DNA from: Lytechinus pictus | Taxonomy: Eukaryota | NCBI RefSeq assembly: GCF_037042905.1 | Contig: NC_087252.1 | Location: 20,586,001-20,650,000 of the forward strand | DNA: 64,000 nucleotides | Reading direction: 5' to 3' | In this document: one piece after another, positions 63,555 through 64,000 of the stretch | How the letters are laid out: every line of letters begins with the position of its first letter | How positions within the stretch are numbered: the stretch's first letter is position 1 | Program-made: the position numbers and the translations under genes | The notes under the pieces: generated by a model | The model's database searches: none | What the model was told of the DNA's origin: nothing | Seen by the model: only the letters and a program-made list of their open reading frames with translations

Positions 63555-64000
63555 CGTCGAATACTTTTCTACGATTGATTGCATTGACTACAACGTACAA
63601 TCGATCGTAAAAAAATAAAGCGTACGATTAATCGCTAACCTTTGTGTTACGGGATCCAGAATTTGAATGAACCAAGTGTTCAGAATACGGGCCATTCGGC
63701 ACAATAAAGAAGTACGTAAATGAATGAAAAAGGTCAGGAAATATATCTGCATTTTTATTATCATTAAAAAATGCATAATATAATTTTTTTTCAACATGAC
63801 ATTGAATAACTTACAATTCCATAGCGTTTTCCAGAAGCTCTCTTCATTATAGGCCCACATTCAAAGTGTGTCCATTCAAAGCGCAGGAAAAACAACCCAC
63901 CTTCTAATTTTGCAGTATTTTACATAGTAATATTGGCATGTTCATCGAAACATAAGCACGATATCTGTGAAATTAATGTTCATACTAAAGTGAGTAAATT

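Overview
AT-rich, intron-containing animal genomic DNA, dense in repeats. The repeat style (G/C-tract MITEs, TTAA-flanked palindromes, tRNA-derived SINEs, decayed CR1/L2 and RTE LINEs) suggests a marine invertebrate such as a sea urchin; this is inference only. I can reconstruct one intact host gene by hand. It is a minus-strand secreted subtilisin (peptidase S8, proteinase K/aqualysin type) with 8 coding exons between 45751 and 35941. The joined CDS is 1074 nt (357 aa plus stop), all introns are GT-AG and phase-compatible, and it has a signal peptide, an I9-type propeptide and a D/H/N/S catalytic set. Probable non-coding exons lie near 49.1 kb (5') and 33.2 kb (3'). The rest is mostly mobile DNA: an intact L1-type ORF1 with no adjacent ORF2, a young 4-kb foldback element with nested insertions, a second foldback holding an RTE fragment, many MITEs with readable TSDs, and local inverted and direct duplications. 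The most unusual signal is a repeated ~400-bp unit carrying a 72-nt tRNA cloverleaf with a UCA (opal) anticodon and its own Pol III terminator, in a partial-tandem, (TA)n-flanked arrangement. All calls come from manual reading and no database searches were run. Repeat boundaries without a stated TSD are approximate.
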